IMG/VR virus record: IMGVR_UViG_2541047758_000011
DNA from: a virus
Lineage: Duplodnaviria; Heunggongvirae; Uroviricota; Caudoviricetes
Length of the DNA: 57,499 nucleotides
Direction: 5' to 3' (one strand)
This document shows, piece after piece, positions 20,861 through 31,619 of the stretch (position 1 is the first letter of the stretch; each line of letters begins with the position of its first letter). Below the pieces are notes generated by a model that was given only the letters and a program-made list of their open reading frames with translations, ran no database searches and was not told the origin of the DNA. A program made the position numbers and the translations under genes.

Positions 20861-22981
20861 TTACTCCTGTGCCATTCCGCTTAGCGATGCCACAATTCCA
20901 GCTCTTGCTAAACGCTGGAACTCTTCGTTTCCTAGTGCCTCGCGTATTGCTTTTACGGCGGCCTTATTTGCCATAAATCTGCGTTCCGCCGCCGCTAATG
21001 CACCATCACTTGCCCCAACCTTAACTGCCTTTGTTGCCTCTTGAACAGCCTTTTCAATAGCGTAACGACCGCTTCTAGTTGCGGATAATTTCGCTATCGC
21101 TCCTTTTGCCATTGCATCAATTGCCCCACCTGCAGCGCCACCCGCTATTGCTCCAATAACGCCTCCTCCAGAGAACCCTGCGATAGTGCCAGTAGTTCTA
21201 AAAGCGCCAGACAATGCGCTCTCTAAAACTGGATGAAGGCCATTCTCAAGAGTGCTAATGGCTGGCATAGATCGCCCTGTCTGTTCAACATATCGAAGTG
21301 GCTTTGTTGCTGCTCGTGCAAGTTCTCCGTATGAACTTGTAATCCTGCCAAGTTCTGGAGAATATCGACTAATTGCCTTCACGTTTTGTGGGGTAAGAAT
21401 AGTCGCGATATGCTTAATTCCAGCCTCTTCAGACTTACCTCCGCGTACCCCTTGCGACATTGCATCTTGTAATATTGATGCAATTGCTGGCGCGCGTTCC
21501 GACTCAGGTAGGGCGCTTATTATTTTATGGAACTGACCTGTTCCACTTTTTGCTGAACCCTGTAACGCCTTAGATCCATTAGTTACCAACTGATCAGTTG
21601 CAAGGTCTCTACCAAACGCTGCTTCAGCCTGTTCTTGTGCTGTAAATCTTGCCTTTGACAGATCATTAGCTTTTTGCCAGTCATCAAGAAAACCGCCATT
21701 TTGAGCCATTATGCGCATATCTTCCGTTGCTGCATCACGAAGCTCAGCCATGCGCCTTGCCGTATTTGCCTCACCAGACCTTATATACTTCTGCTCTGCG
21801 TCAGCAAGTTTACTTCGCCATGCCTTCATGGCATCAAACGTGATTCCTTTTTTACCAGTTTTAGCATAAGCAGATGCGAATTGTTTCATCTCAGGAGTTA
21901 GCGGCATGCCAGCCAAAATATCACCCTGAATTGTAGCGTTCAGGTTTGACATTCTGGCCTTTGCGTCAGGCATCGTGGAGCGGACGCTATCCCATGCGGC
22001 CTTTTCTGAATTTTTCATTTTATCAATACTTGCCAAAACCCTTTGTTTTATGGCTGCACTTTTTTCTGATGCAGTTCCTGCTTCAGCCCCAAACTCATCC
22101 AATGCTGAGTTAAATTTCGACTCTATTTCACTGAATGCTTTGGTGTGTGCATCCTGTGTAATTCCGGGCTTTGACGCCAGAATCCCCTCCGCCTGAGCAA
22201 GACCACGACTACCTGATCTCATGCCAGGAGTTAATGCGTTGATATCTATTCCAGCAGTATCTGCTGCTTTTGCTATTTCGTCTGACACATTAGCTGACTG
22301 TCTGGCAATAATCTCTCTTCCTGTACCAGACTTTGCCATTTTCGAAACATCAGCAGCGGAATTTATTGCCCCGCCACCAAGAACTTGAGGTGATTTAGAG
22401 GTTAAGATCCTTCCAGCCCCAGAAAGTATCCCCTGAGCACCAATATTGATACCACCGTTAATGGCAGCATTTTGTGCAAAATCACCCTCCTGATTTGCAG
22501 CATCAGCAAGAGAACCTGCAATCATGTTTCCTGCGGAACCGATGTCTCCTGCGAGCTTTGCTGGCGCTCCAGCAACTTTTGCCGCTGTGCCAATTGGCAG
22601 GAGATACCCACCAATTGTTTCACCGGCTTGCGCCCAAGGGTCTGTCGGTCGATCGACAGGGCGATAAACATCATCCAAAACCTTGGGGCCACCAAGCCCC
22701 TGGCTGATTGCATTAATCAGACTTGCGCCACCCTGCAATACGTCAAATGGTATGTTTACCAGACCACGACCAGCCTGTTCTGCAATTTGCCCTGCACTTT
22801 GACCACCAGTGAGCCAGTCAGTGGCTTTTCCTACCAGAGATTGTTCTTCTGGTTGCAATTGGTTTTGAGTGGATTGATCACCAGAAGACAGCATCTGAGC
22901 AATGCGACGTGCTCCCTCAGTATCGCCGGCAGCATCAGCATTCCTTAACGCCATCATCAACTGTTCGCGACTATAGGCCAT
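20861..22981 (-). CDS. DNA ejection/injection protein (P22 gp16-like)
   Basis: 706-aa Ala/Gly-rich protein in gp7-gp20-gp16 order, last of three ejection-protein genes. Confidence 0.75.
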   Translation of the reverse strand: MAYSREQLMMALRNADAAGDTEGARRIAQMLSSGDQSTQNQLQPEEQSLVGKATDWLTGGQSAGQIAEQAGRGLVNIPFDVLQGGASLINAISQGLGGPKVLDDVYRPVDRPTDPWAQAGETIGGYLLPIGTAAKVAGAPAKLAGDIGSAGNMIAGSLADAANQEGDFAQNAAINGGINIGAQGILSGAGRILTSKSPQVLGGGAINSAADVSKMAKSGTGREIIARQSANVSDEIAKAADTAGIDINALTPGMRSGSRGLAQAEGILASKPGITQDAHTKAFSEIESKFNSALDEFGAEAGTASEKSAAIKQRVLASIDKMKNSEKAAWDSVRSTMPDAKARMSNLNATIQGDILAGMPLTPEMKQFASAYAKTGKKGITFDAMKAWRSKLADAEQKYIRSGEANTARRMAELRDAATEDMRIMAQNGGFLDDWQKANDLSKARFTAQEQAEAAFGRDLATDQLVTNGSKALQGSAKSGTGQFHKIISALPESERAPAIASILQDAMSQGVRGGKSEEAGIKHIATILTPQNVKAISRYSPELGRITSSYGELARAATKPLRYVEQTGRSMPAISTLENGLHPVLESALSGAFRTTGTIAGFSGGGVIGAIAGGAAGGAIDAMAKGAIAKLSATRSGRYAIEKAVQEATKAVKVGASDGALAAAERRFMANKAAVKAIREALGNEEFQRLARAGIVASLSGMAQE

Positions 22982-24255
22982 TACTGCCCTCCGAGATATT
23001 TATTAATCAGGTCATCATCAGAAAGCTGCTGTTGAGACGGTTGTATGTCCTTCCCGTATTTCTGTTGCAGACGTTTCTGAGCCATCTCAGTGGTTTTTAT
23101 GATTGTTTTGATAGCTGCTCTGGCTGATTTTTCAGACTGATTTGGGGACAAACTACCAATAGCATCCATTACCTTTTGCCCCTCGGCATTACTTAAAGCC
23201 CCCATCCCTTTCATCTGCTGAATGCCAGATAAGAATCCCTGAGATTTCAGTGTGTCAACCAGAGTTTCTGTATCAGCAGCCTCTGTTCCTGGAATGAATC
23301 TACTCGATAGTGGGTTTAGGTTTGTTCCGAAATATCCCGTGAATCCTGGGCTATTAAGAACTTTTGTAGCCGTCTCTATCGTTCTGGAAAGATTATCCAT
23401 TCCAGAGTTGTACGCATCAGCCTTATCTCGCTTTGCCTGCTCCATAGCTTGCTGATTCTGCAATCTCTTGTCCTGCAATTCAGCAAGTTTTAAGGCATTA
23501 GTTTCATTTGCGATGAGTCTGTCGTATTTCTTGTCCTCTAATTCCATCCGACGAAGATTGACATTTTGTTGCGCAATATTGTTGCTTGCCCACCCTCTGG
23601 CATTTGTCATGTCATTATTACGGATTGTTTCGTTAATTCTTTGCTGATCCTGCTGGCGACCAACCATCTTGTCCTGTAAATCCCAATACTTTTCATGGCC
23701 TAATGCAAACTGACCATATTGTCCGATAAGTTGTGATGTTGCTTGTGGGTCTTTTTGATACATGCTGAGGAGTTGTTGTGGGTCTACCCCCTGATTAGAC
23801 AATCTGGTTGCATTGTTTCCAATCCACTTGCTAAATGCATCACCCCCCATCATGGAGGCAATTTGACCGCCTGCCGCTAGATTGCCAATTTCATCACGCT
23901 GGTCTTCGTCTGCCCACTTCATACCAGACTGAATCTTCTCTAATTGACCAGGATATTTGGTCATCAGATCTCGAACCTGCTGTCGATCACCTGACTGGAT
24001 GGCTGCCGCATATTCTTTTTGGAATGCAGCATCCGCTTCCTGTTGCTTTGCGGCTTTATATGTTTGAGCGACACTACCAAGTCCCTGCAACGCCTGAAGA
24101 CCGATGTTATTGCGACCTGAACGCTCCATTTCGTTGTTCTGGCGAATATAGGCCAACGCCTCACTTACATCACTTGCCTTTGGCGCATTTGAGTTTTGCC
24201 CACCGATACCGGCAAGAAAACCGCCTGAGTTGATTCCTTGTTGCCAAGTAGCCAT
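22981..24255 (-). CDS. DNA ejection protein (P22 gp20-like)
   Basis: 424-aa Gln-rich protein between gp7-like and gp16-like genes. Confidence 0.75.
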   Translation of the reverse strand: MATWQQGINSGGFLAGIGGQNSNAPKASDVSEALAYIRQNNEMERSGRNNIGLQALQGLGSVAQTYKAAKQQEADAAFQKEYAAAIQSGDRQQVRDLMTKYPGQLEKIQSGMKWADEDQRDEIGNLAAGGQIASMMGGDAFSKWIGNNATRLSNQGVDPQQLLSMYQKDPQATSQLIGQYGQFALGHEKYWDLQDKMVGRQQDQQRINETIRNNDMTNARGWASNNIAQQNVNLRRMELEDKKYDRLIANETNALKLAELQDKRLQNQQAMEQAKRDKADAYNSGMDNLSRTIETATKVLNSPGFTGYFGTNLNPLSSRFIPGTEAADTETLVDTLKSQGFLSGIQQMKGMGALSNAEGQKVMDAIGSLSPNQSEKSARAAIKTIIKTTEMAQKRLQQKYGKDIQPSQQQLSDDDLINKYLGGQ

Positions 24256-24264
24256 ATTCCCACC

Positions 24265-24939
24265 TTAAAACAATGATCCAAGACCACCGATAATGCCGCC
24301 ACCAATAGCGCCAACAGCCGTACCTATTCCTGGCACCACAGAGCCAATCATCGCCCCTGATGCCGCACCGCTCATGGCACCTCCCAAGGCTGATTGCAGT
24401 CCTGATGGTCGGTTAGCATTAGCCGCAGATGCTGCTGCCTGCTGTTGATACAATTGGCTGACGTTGTTAGCGTAGTTCTGCCCGGCGTTTGCCTGACCTG
24501 TAAGAGCACCAAGGCCAATGTTTGCCAGATTGTTGTAGTTGTTCATCTGACCTGACAGCCAGTTTTGACCGAGTGTAGGTGCGATTGCTGCTAACTGGTT
24601 TCCTGTTGCTGTAGAGCCTAATCCACCCGTTGCCTCTGCTGCTGCCAGACTCTGATAGCGTGCCTGCCCTGCAAGGTCTTTATACTGCTGAGAGTTGTAA
24701 TACTGGTTAAGCGCCTGACCTTGCCCCTGAAGAGAGGAAAGATTCTGCAACTGTGATACGTACTGCTGAGCGAGTGGCGTGAACGGTGCAAGGTTTTGCA
24801 TGTTCGTCTGCCACATTTCACGCTGCAGTTCGATGCCCTTTTCAGTTGCGCGTGCCTGGGCTTTAGAGCCGCCATCACTGCCACCTTTGCAGTAAACAGC
24901 TTTGCTGAGGTGCTTATTGGCAATCTGGAAAATTAACAT
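24265..24939 (-). CDS. DNA ejection protein (P22 gp7-like)
   Basis: 224-aa protein with Gly-rich C-terminus, position after gp14-like gene. Confidence 0.7.
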   Translation of the reverse strand: MLIFQIANKHLSKAVYCKGGSDGGSKAQARATEKGIELQREMWQTNMQNLAPFTPLAQQYVSQLQNLSSLQGQGQALNQYYNSQQYKDLAGQARYQSLAAAEATGGLGSTATGNQLAAIAPTLGQNWLSGQMNNYNNLANIGLGALTGQANAGQNYANNVSQLYQQQAAASAANANRPSGLQSALGGAMSGAASGAMIGSVVPGIGTAVGAIGGGIIGGLGSLF

Positions 24940-25393
24940 TCTTTAGCTCCTCGTATTTTGAGCGCGGTAACTGATAAATCGTGATGCCTACAGGCTTTCC
25001 ATTGCTGGTATAAGCATCATCAAGGTGACCAACACGGGTAGCGCCAAGCAAACGGATAATTGACCGTCCGTATTTGGTGGTGTCAGGAACCATGGTGATG
25101 CTGTTAAGGAATGGTGAGTTTTCGAGAAGCCATTTGCAGAATAATCGATGCCCTTGCAGTGCATATTCACCACGGAATCCGGGGTCGTACACCGCATGGC
25201 ATTCCACAACGCTATGCCAGAAGTTACGCACTTCATGAACGCCAGCCAGCACTAATCCTTCGTAGATGCCGAGGTATACCGCATCAGGCTTGATGTAGTA
25301 TTTATCTCCACTGTCTACGATATTTCCCGTGTTTTCTGGGTTGTTGAGGAATTCTGCAAGCTTCACCGGGTTATCGATGAGTTTTATGTGCAT
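24914..25393 (-). CDS. Head assembly/DNA stabilization protein (P22 gp14-like)
   Basis: 159 aa; position between tail needle and ejection proteins. Confidence 0.6.
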   Translation of the reverse strand: MHIKLIDNPVKLAEFLNNPENTGNIVDSGDKYYIKPDAVYLGIYEGLVLAGVHEVRNFWHSVVECHAVYDPGFRGEYALQGHRLFCKWLLENSPFLNSITMVPDTTKYGRSIIRLLGATRVGHLDDAYTSNGKPVGITIYQLPRSKYEELKNVNFPDCQ

Positions 25394-26094
25394 TAGTTGA
25401 TTAATCCATGTGCTCGTAAGGCGTCTTCCAGTGCTTTGATGCGCTGCCGCGCCTGCTGCAAACCTGTAGCGAGAGCTGCGACTTCGGATTGTGTGTACGT
25501 AGTGCCGACCGTGTATGACTGGTTAGCGTTGAATGAGCCAAGAAGTGGCGTACCTGTGGCTGCAGTCCATCCGGTCTGCCTTGCTCCAACGACCTGAATT
25601 CCATCAACTGAATATGATGTTTTTACATCCAGCGGTGACTCAAGAGACTGCAATTCGGTTACGGTTTTCGATACGTAATCACTCTTAATGCCAGAGACAT
25701 CGTTTTCTACGTCATCCAGTCTTTTGTCAACAGTGACCAGATGCGCCTGAATATCGATAACCTCATCCAGCAAGTAATCAACATCGCTACGCAGTACGAC
25801 TATCTTCCCTTCGGCGGTTGTTAACCTGACCTCAAGGAGATTTATCGCTTTTGTGTTTGCGGTGATTCTTGCGTCGTGATCAGCCAGTTCGACATCCTGT
25901 TCATCGTTTTTTACCTGGGCATCGTAAGCGCCCTGACCGGCCTGATTTGCCTTCCCGGCAATTGCACCGACATCAGCTCCCTGATTTATGACATACAGCA
26001 GGTAAGACTGGCTGAATATATTGCGTGGCAAAATTGAAGCATCAAGGCGCGTAGCCTGAACCACAACAGGATCATTCAGTGATGAATCAACCAT
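25393..26094 (-). CDS. Tail needle protein (P22 gp26)
   Basis: 233 aa; N-terminus ..[69 protein letters not shown] and C-terminus ..[11 protein letters not shown] match P22 gp26. Confidence 0.9.
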   Translation of the reverse strand: MVDSSLNDPVVVQATRLDASILPRNIFSQSYLLYVINQGADVGAIAGKANQAGQGAYDAQVKNDEQDVELADHDARITANTKAINLLEVRLTTAEGKIVVLRSDVDYLLDEVIDIQAHLVTVDKRLDDVENDVSGIKSDYVSKTVTELQSLESPLDVKTSYSVDGIQVVGARQTGWTAATGTPLLGSFNANQSYTVGTTYTQSEVAALATGLQQARQRIKALEDALRAHGLIN

Positions 26095-26588
26095 TACTCA
26101 ATCCTCTGCCTTGCAAACTCTCCAAAATTTTCTGCTCTTGCCATCATTGATGCTGAGATAGCTTCGTCCAGGTCATCGAAGCATCCAACGTGAACCTGTT
26201 TTTTATTTTTCTTGAAAGAAACAGTCCACTTGCAGAGATTTTTGTGCCAACAGACACCAGGATATCCTGACTTATTATTTCTTTGAATATTCCTGTTCAT
26301 CCCATTCTGGGATCTATTTGCCAATCTTAAATTTGAAAATCTGTTATCCGTTCTGTCTCCGTTAATATGATCTATTAAGCAATTTGCAGGTTTTCCTGTC
26401 ATATAAAACCAAGCAAGCCTATGCGCTAAGTATCTCTTACCACAGACCATTATCCTTAAATAACCAGTGCACATGGTTCCCGCTTCATCACCAACGGTGA
26501 CGCTCGCTGTATTTGATATTTTTCGGGTAAAAACCCCGGTTTCTGGGTCATATGATAAATGACGCTTCAACTCTTCATGTGAAATCAT
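26094..26588 (-). CDS. HNH homing endonuclease (HNH_3 + AP2-like DNA-binding domain)
   Basis: ..[26 protein letters not shown].. HNH motif plus ..[35 protein letters not shown].. AP2-like; inserted precisely between gp10 stop and gp26 start. Confidence 0.8.
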   Translation of the reverse strand: MISHEELKRHLSYDPETGVFTRKISNTASVTVGDEAGTMCTGYLRIMVCGKRYLAHRLAWFYMTGKPANCLIDHINGDRTDNRFSNLRLANRSQNGMNRNIQRNNKSGYPGVCWHKNLCKWTVSFKKNKKQVHVGCFDDLDEAISASMMARAENFGEFARQRIE

Positions 26589-26590
26589 TA

Positions 26591-28018
26591 TTACTCCAGC
26601 CTAATAGAGCAGCCTGAGAGAGTGACTGGTGACTTCGTAATAACGCGCAATTTGAAGCCGACATTTTTCCTGATGCGCCCGACTCGCTTCCACAAAACAC
26701 GTTTGTCGTAAACGAACGGTTCATTCTGTTCAATCATCTGCTCACGTCCGTAATTTATGCCGTCAGTGGTTGCAGAGAGGAACAGGCGGTCGGCGTACTG
26801 AGCTACGCCAGTGGATGATTCCACCTCCAGATCGAAGCATCTGGCGTTATCCGCTTTGAACAACGGAGTAAACAACAGGTGTTCCTGTTGCTTGTCGTAC
26901 TGGCTGCTGATGTCGAATTGCAATTTCCCGGTCACGGACTCCAGTTTATCGCCGCACGTTATCTGATTTCCTTCGAAAATGAAGTCGATAGCGCGGTACA
27001 CATCGTCATACAGGCCTGTTTTCAGCACACACCATTGCGGACCATTGGCGCTTGAAGATGCGTCGTACACGAGAACATGGCGCGGAAGGTGGATAATCAG
27101 CAACTCATGAGCATCAAATCGCAGAGACTCCATCACGCCATCAGCCAGTTCATCAGCAGTGTAGGAGCGTAGTATTTTCTCAATGCTCGCGCTGGCGATT
27201 GGTGATACCTGACCGGAGCCGATGATATACACAGACGGCGCACCCGTTGCCGGATTGCTGATGAAAGCATAAGAATCAGCGAATGGTGTTTTGCAGTAAG
27301 TCCCGGCAATACCTTTCTGCACCATCAGCGATGGCTGTGCGACATACAACGCGGCACCAACGGTGGTTGCCCCAGTCAGGGAAAAATATTCAATCGTCGA
27401 TGAACCAAAGCAGACGATGAAGTCTCGCCATGTTCCGATACCGATGATGCCGTCCGGCTGAGACTCGGCACGATATTGTGCGCTGTAACGGTCAGGATGC
27501 GATTCGTCTTCAAGGTCAGTGATAAACCATGAATCAGTTCCGTCTTTTGACCACGCATAACGCCCACGTAAGCGCGTAATGTCGCGGACCGAGCCTAACT
27601 CATACTGAGTGAATCCGCTATCAGTAGGCCAGTTTGAGACTGTTTTAACTGTGCCATCATAGCGATACTCGACCAGTTGACCATTAACGCCTACAGCCTG
27701 TGATGTTCGACCATGCGCCATTGATACGCGACCACTTCCGGCGACGTCACCGACTTCGCTTTCGCCTTTGTAGAGCTTCCCACCACACACGCGATAAACA
27801 GCACTCTGCGCCATGTTGTACTCGACGCCTCGAGATACACCGTTCACATCAGAGCGTTTGACAATGCCCGGGAATGAGCGAAGATATCCCGATGAATTCA
27901 ACACCTCCTTGGGCGTAGCTAAAAGATTGACTGGAAGTTGGTCTATATAATCAGCATTAACCGCACTTTTCCCTAATCCCTTCATTAGTGGTAGTTGTTG
28001 TATTGCCATTGGAATCAA
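26591..28018 (-). CDS. Tail hub protein (P22 gp10)
   Basis: 475 aa, long identity runs with P22 gp10 (..AVYRVCGGKLYKGESEVGDVAGSGRVSMAHGRTSQAVGVNGQLVEYRYDGTVKTVSNWP..); start may be downstream of 28018. Confidence 0.88.
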   Translation of the reverse strand: MIPMAIQQLPLMKGLGKSAVNADYIDQLPVNLLATPKEVLNSSGYLRSFPGIVKRSDVNGVSRGVEYNMAQSAVYRVCGGKLYKGESEVGDVAGSGRVSMAHGRTSQAVGVNGQLVEYRYDGTVKTVSNWPTDSGFTQYELGSVRDITRLRGRYAWSKDGTDSWFITDLEDESHPDRYSAQYRAESQPDGIIGIGTWRDFIVCFGSSTIEYFSLTGATTVGAALYVAQPSLMVQKGIAGTYCKTPFADSYAFISNPATGAPSVYIIGSGQVSPIASASIEKILRSYTADELADGVMESLRFDAHELLIIHLPRHVLVYDASSSANGPQWCVLKTGLYDDVYRAIDFIFEGNQITCGDKLESVTGKLQFDISSQYDKQQEHLLFTPLFKADNARCFDLEVESSTGVAQYADRLFLSATTDGINYGREQMIEQNEPFVYDKRVLWKRVGRIRKNVGFKLRVITKSPVTLSGCSIRLE

Positions 28019-28541
28019 CCTTTATATGAACCCAGTTAGCATCACGCTTTAGCCTACTTGCCCAGGTCTTAGATATCCCGTACTTAGCCGCAATTACTGA
28101 CAAGCTTTCTTTTGATGACTTGATTGCAAGAACATCGTCATCACTCAACTTGTGTTTTGGGTGCTTGGTTCCGAAAAACTTGATTGGTTTCTTTAATCCT
28201 GTGGCGTATGCATGTTTGATGTTTTCGCTTTGAGTGCACCACTCAAGATTATTGACGTTATTATTGAGTGGATTGCCATCAATATGATTTACCTGAGGCT
28301 TGTTTTCAGGATTTGGCAGGAATGTCATTGCAACGATTCGATGGGCAAAAGTCCATTTTGCTCCGATATTATAAAGCACCCTTCCCTGATTTATTTTAGG
28401 CTTTAACCAGCGCCCCTTTCTGAGTTGCGTGCTGCCATGCGCAGCCTTAACAACACGTGAGTGAGAATACACCCTGCCATCTTCTGTTACGGCATAAACA
28501 CCTTCAAATCCAGGTATATCTTTAGCATTCTCAGAAAGCAT
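27957..28541 (-). CDS. HNH homing endonuclease (NUMOD4-like N-term + HNH_3)
   Basis: ..IPGFEGVYAVTEDGRVYS.. and ..VNHIDGNPLNNNVNNLEWCTQSEN..; sits between gp10 N-terminal remnant and restored gp10 start, overlapping gp10 5' end. Confidence 0.8.
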   Translation of the reverse strand: MLSENAKDIPGFEGVYAVTEDGRVYSHSRVVKAAHGSTQLRKGRWLKPKINQGRVLYNIGAKWTFAHRIVAMTFLPNPENKPQVNHIDGNPLNNNVNNLEWCTQSENIKHAYATGLKKPIKFFGTKHPKHKLSDDDVLAIKSSKESLSVIAAKYGISKTWASRLKRDANWVHIKVDSNGNTTTTTNEGIREKCG

Positions 28542-28577
28542 ATCTACTCCTTAAAGTTTCGATTTTTCATGTACTTA

Positions 28578-28682
28578 TTATATCAAAATTGCCAACATAT
28601 TCACTGGCAGATAGTCGATATAGTCAGCGTTTCGGAAGTCTTTGCCGACACCTTTCATAAGCGGAAGTTGCTGAATCGGCAT
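28578..28682 (-). pseudogene. Displaced original 5' end of gp10 (34 codons, MPIQQLPLMKGVGKDFRNADYIDYLPVNMLA..) upstream of HNH gene
   Basis: Manual translation matches the P22 gp10 N-terminus more closely than the N-terminus of the full-length gp10 ORF; ends in a stop after 34 codons. Confidence 0.6.
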
Positions 28683-28691
28683 TTATTCACC

Positions 28692-29153
28692 TCACGTACT
28701 CGGATCATCTTTCTCGATGTAAAACCGATTCCACGTAAACGCGCTTTTGTTACCACTACCGCGAGGCATGTCATTTCGCCGCTCAAGTGGTGGTATTTTG
28801 GTTAAAGCGATACAGATTGTCTGATATGCACTGTCAGCAGCGGTAAGGAGAGCGTCTGACGGCTGAATGACGTTATCCATGCACACTTGCACAGCGAGTT
28901 TCAAAGCGACGCCATCATTTGCCCATGCAGGGATACCTGAATCATCGTCCGGTAACGGCATCATGCCGTTTTCTGTATCAGCAAACTGATACCCAAGCTC
29001 GATACCTTTAGCCTGCCATGCTGCCATCATGTCTTCGAGGTCATTAATGGCATCTTCAATTGCCTGAGGGTCAGCATCTGTCAACGTGGCATTGGAATAC
29101 AGCCCGGCTTTTCGTAAAGCCTTTAGAACGAGATCACCCTTCGTTTTCGCCAT
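28692..29153 (-). CDS. Head completion/tail accessory protein (P22 gp4-like)
   Basis: 153-aa ORF between coat and gp10 region. Confidence 0.75.
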   Translation of the reverse strand: MAKTKGDLVLKALRKAGLYSNATLTDADPQAIEDAINDLEDMMAAWQAKGIELGYQFADTENGMMPLPDDDSGIPAWANDGVALKLAVQVCMDNVIQPSDALLTAADSAYQTICIALTKIPPLERRNDMPRGSGNKSAFTWNRFYIEKDDPST

Positions 29154-29322
29154 CTTCTTCCGCCTTAGCCACTTTATGCTTCGTTGCGGTTTCTTCAGGA
29201 GTTTTTACCCAGCCTTTTTTCAGGTGAGATTTAACTTCTTCGTCATCAACAATGATGTAATCGACAGCAAACTGACCACAGGTGATCATGTTGCCCGGCT
29301 TATAGAGCATTGTTCGTGCCAT
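29134..29322 (-). CDS. Hypothetical small protein (62 aa)
   Basis: ORF between coat and gp4; start chosen at internal Met (MARTMLYKPG..). Confidence 0.4.
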   Translation of the reverse strand: MARTMLYKPGNMITCGQFAVDYIIVDDEEVKSHLKKGWVKTPEETATKHKVAKAEEDGENEG

Positions 29323-29363
29323 TGTCTTCTCCCAATAAAAATGGGGCCGAAGCCCCACCAAAA

Positions 29364-30617
29364 TTACTGCCCGGCAATAACGATGCCCGTATATTCAGGA
29401 ACAAGTACAGAGCAACCGTACAGAGTGGTGAAACGCGCAGTGGTTACGCCTTTGATGTGGTCGAAGGCGTAAGACATGATCAGCGTAGCGCCCTGCTCGG
29501 TGGTTGCTGTCATTACCTGTGGACCCTGACCAGTTGGGAACGCCAGCTTGCCGTACATCAGTTCAACAGAACCATCAGCCCAGAACAGGTTAGCCGGTGC
29601 GGCATTCTTGTTGAGAATGGTGATTGCTGCTGATGCTGCCGGTTTGGCATCGACGTTTGCATATGGACGACTCGCAACATCAGTATTTTCAACAGGGAGA
29701 ATCTTTGGAGAAATTGTTACGGTAGTTCCGCTAACAGCCAGAACACGGAATACCTGCGGTTGCCCGGTGGTATCTTTTGTGATCTGGTGTACGGAATTCA
29801 CACCGGCAATGGTGAACGCATCACCAACCTGCAAGCCAGATGCAGATACCGTAATAGTCCCCTGTCGGTTATCAACTGGCATACCATTTGAATCTTTCGC
29901 TTCAACCTTGTGTTCAGGTTGGCCTGATACTGTCAAGGATTCAGTGCTTCCTTTCGGTAATCGACCAGAAATATCGGTCTTGTAGCTATCAAAGGAAGCA
30001 ACCGGAGGGATCTGCGCTTTTTCGTATGCTGTCAGGGTTGCGCCCTGAGCGTAGGCACGGTGACCAAGCTCGCCAGCAAGGTCTTTGTAGTTGAAGGGGT
30101 TCCAGAAAGAGCGACGGTTGATACCCTGAGGTACACCAATCGCCGTCATGGTGGCATCAATACCTGCCGCACAGTTCCACAAATCACGGCCCTGTGTACC
30201 TGTGGTTGAGTCAGACATTGTGATCACGTTAGTAGCACGCTGCGTAACCATGGAAATCAGGTCAGAGTCAATCTGTGCAGCAAGGCGCATACCTGCGGCG
30301 CGACCAGCTTCAGTTTTATGTTCAGGGTCACGCATTTCACGCGCATCCAGAGTGTACAGAATGTTTTTCGGCTCCTTGAACACAGAAGGAACAAGGCGCT
30401 GAACCAGTGCTGTTGGCGTTTTGCCGCTGAGGTCTAGGCCTTCCTCAATGTTCATGTGGTAATGCTGCGGACGATACAGAACATCACCTGCTCGCTGCAT
30501 TGCTGTATCACCGGGACGGAATTTTTTAGCGTTACGGGAAACTACGCAGGCGGCCTCAAAGCCTTCAACGTAGTTTTCGAACATGATTTCAAGGTCTTTT
30601 GCTAATTGGTTAGCCAT
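29364..30617 (-). CDS. Major coat protein (P22 gp5-like)
   Basis: 417 aa, weak similarity to P22 coat protein; position between scaffold and gp4. Confidence 0.8.
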   Translation of the reverse strand: MANQLAKDLEIMFENYVEGFEAACVVSRNAKKFRPGDTAMQRAGDVLYRPQHYHMNIEEGLDLSGKTPTALVQRLVPSVFKEPKNILYTLDAREMRDPEHKTEAGRAAGMRLAAQIDSDLISMVTQRATNVITMSDSTTGTQGRDLWNCAAGIDATMTAIGVPQGINRRSFWNPFNYKDLAGELGHRAYAQGATLTAYEKAQIPPVASFDSYKTDISGRLPKGSTESLTVSGQPEHKVEAKDSNGMPVDNRQGTITVSASGLQVGDAFTIAGVNSVHQITKDTTGQPQVFRVLAVSGTTVTISPKILPVENTDVASRPYANVDAKPAASAAITILNKNAAPANLFWADGSVELMYGKLAFPTGQGPQVMTATTEQGATLIMSYAFDHIKGVTTARFTTLYGCSVLVPEYTGIVIAGQ

Positions 30618-30635
30618 GCTTAATGCTCCGATAGG

Positions 30636-31529
30636 TTATTTTTTTGCCTTTTTAGCGGCGAAATACGGCGTCCAGTCACCAGTTTCCAGCGCCTTGGCTT
30701 TCAATTTGTCGAGGTTGTTGATTACTGCGCCGTTGCTCCCCTTAACTGTCGGGGTTGTGGCTGCCGTGGTTTTTGCTTTTGGCATGATTCTGGCCTTCGA
30801 TTCGATACGTTCCAGCAGACGACCAATTGCTACGGGGTTGGTAGCTTCTGCCAGTTGCTTGCGCAGTTCAGCGTTGCGACCGAGCGCCAGAACAACGATT
30901 TCCGGCTTCTCTGACTCAAACAGGATCGCGTTTTGTGTCTCGATGGGGATTTCCTCGAGTACGGCCTGTTCAGCTTCCTGATAGCCAGGAACCTTGAGAG
31001 CCTTAACACGTTGCTGATATTTGGATAATCGCTCTTGATAGGCAGCCTGAAGCTCCTGCTCCTTCTGCTTGCGAGCCATCTCCTGTTGCTGGTACTTGCC
31101 GTTATCCTCTGCCCACTTAGCCATGCGTTGCTGGTAGATTTCTTCATCGAAACCGATGTCCTCATCATCCAGTTTTGGCATTCGCGGTGGTTGAGTGATT
31201 ACCGGCTGCTGCTCGACGGGTTTCTGGGACTGACGCATCAGCTCTTTCAGCTCACGGTCTTTCTCTTTAATCGTCTTGCGCAGGTGTTTTACCAGTCCAT
31301 GCTCTGCGCCATCTTCGCTGGTTGGCGAATCCAGCTTTTCGTCACCAAAGTAGAATTCCTGTTCTGATTCGTCGTCATCAGTTTCAGTAGCTTCCTCTGC
31401 ATCATTTCCGGAGGACTCACTGCCATCTTCTGTTTCGACTTCTTCAGCCAGTTCGACATCATCAGGAATCTGCTCTGATGTATCGGTTTCGATTTCAACT
31501 TCTGGTGTGTTTTCTGCCATCTGGTCCAT
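30636..31529 (-). CDS. Scaffolding protein
   Basis: Acidic N-terminus, coiled-coil centre, basic C-terminus; position between portal and coat. Confidence 0.7.
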   Translation of the reverse strand: MDQMAENTPEVEIETDTSEQIPDDVELAEEVETEDGSESSGNDAEEATETDDDESEQEFYFGDEKLDSPTSEDGAEHGLVKHLRKTIKEKDRELKELMRQSQKPVEQQPVITQPPRMPKLDDEDIGFDEEIYQQRMAKWAEDNGKYQQQEMARKQKEQELQAAYQERLSKYQQRVKALKVPGYQEAEQAVLEEIPIETQNAILFESEKPEIVVLALGRNAELRKQLAEATNPVAIGRLLERIESKARIMPKAKTTAATTPTVKGSNGAVINNLDKLKAKALETGDWTPYFAAKKAKK

Positions 31530-31619
31530 TTGTTACCCCTGTTTACTCGATGTTCAGCCCATCGGAAGGCAATAGGGTGCCAGGCCTCATAAAGACAGCC
31601 ATTGCACGTTATGGGTTAA

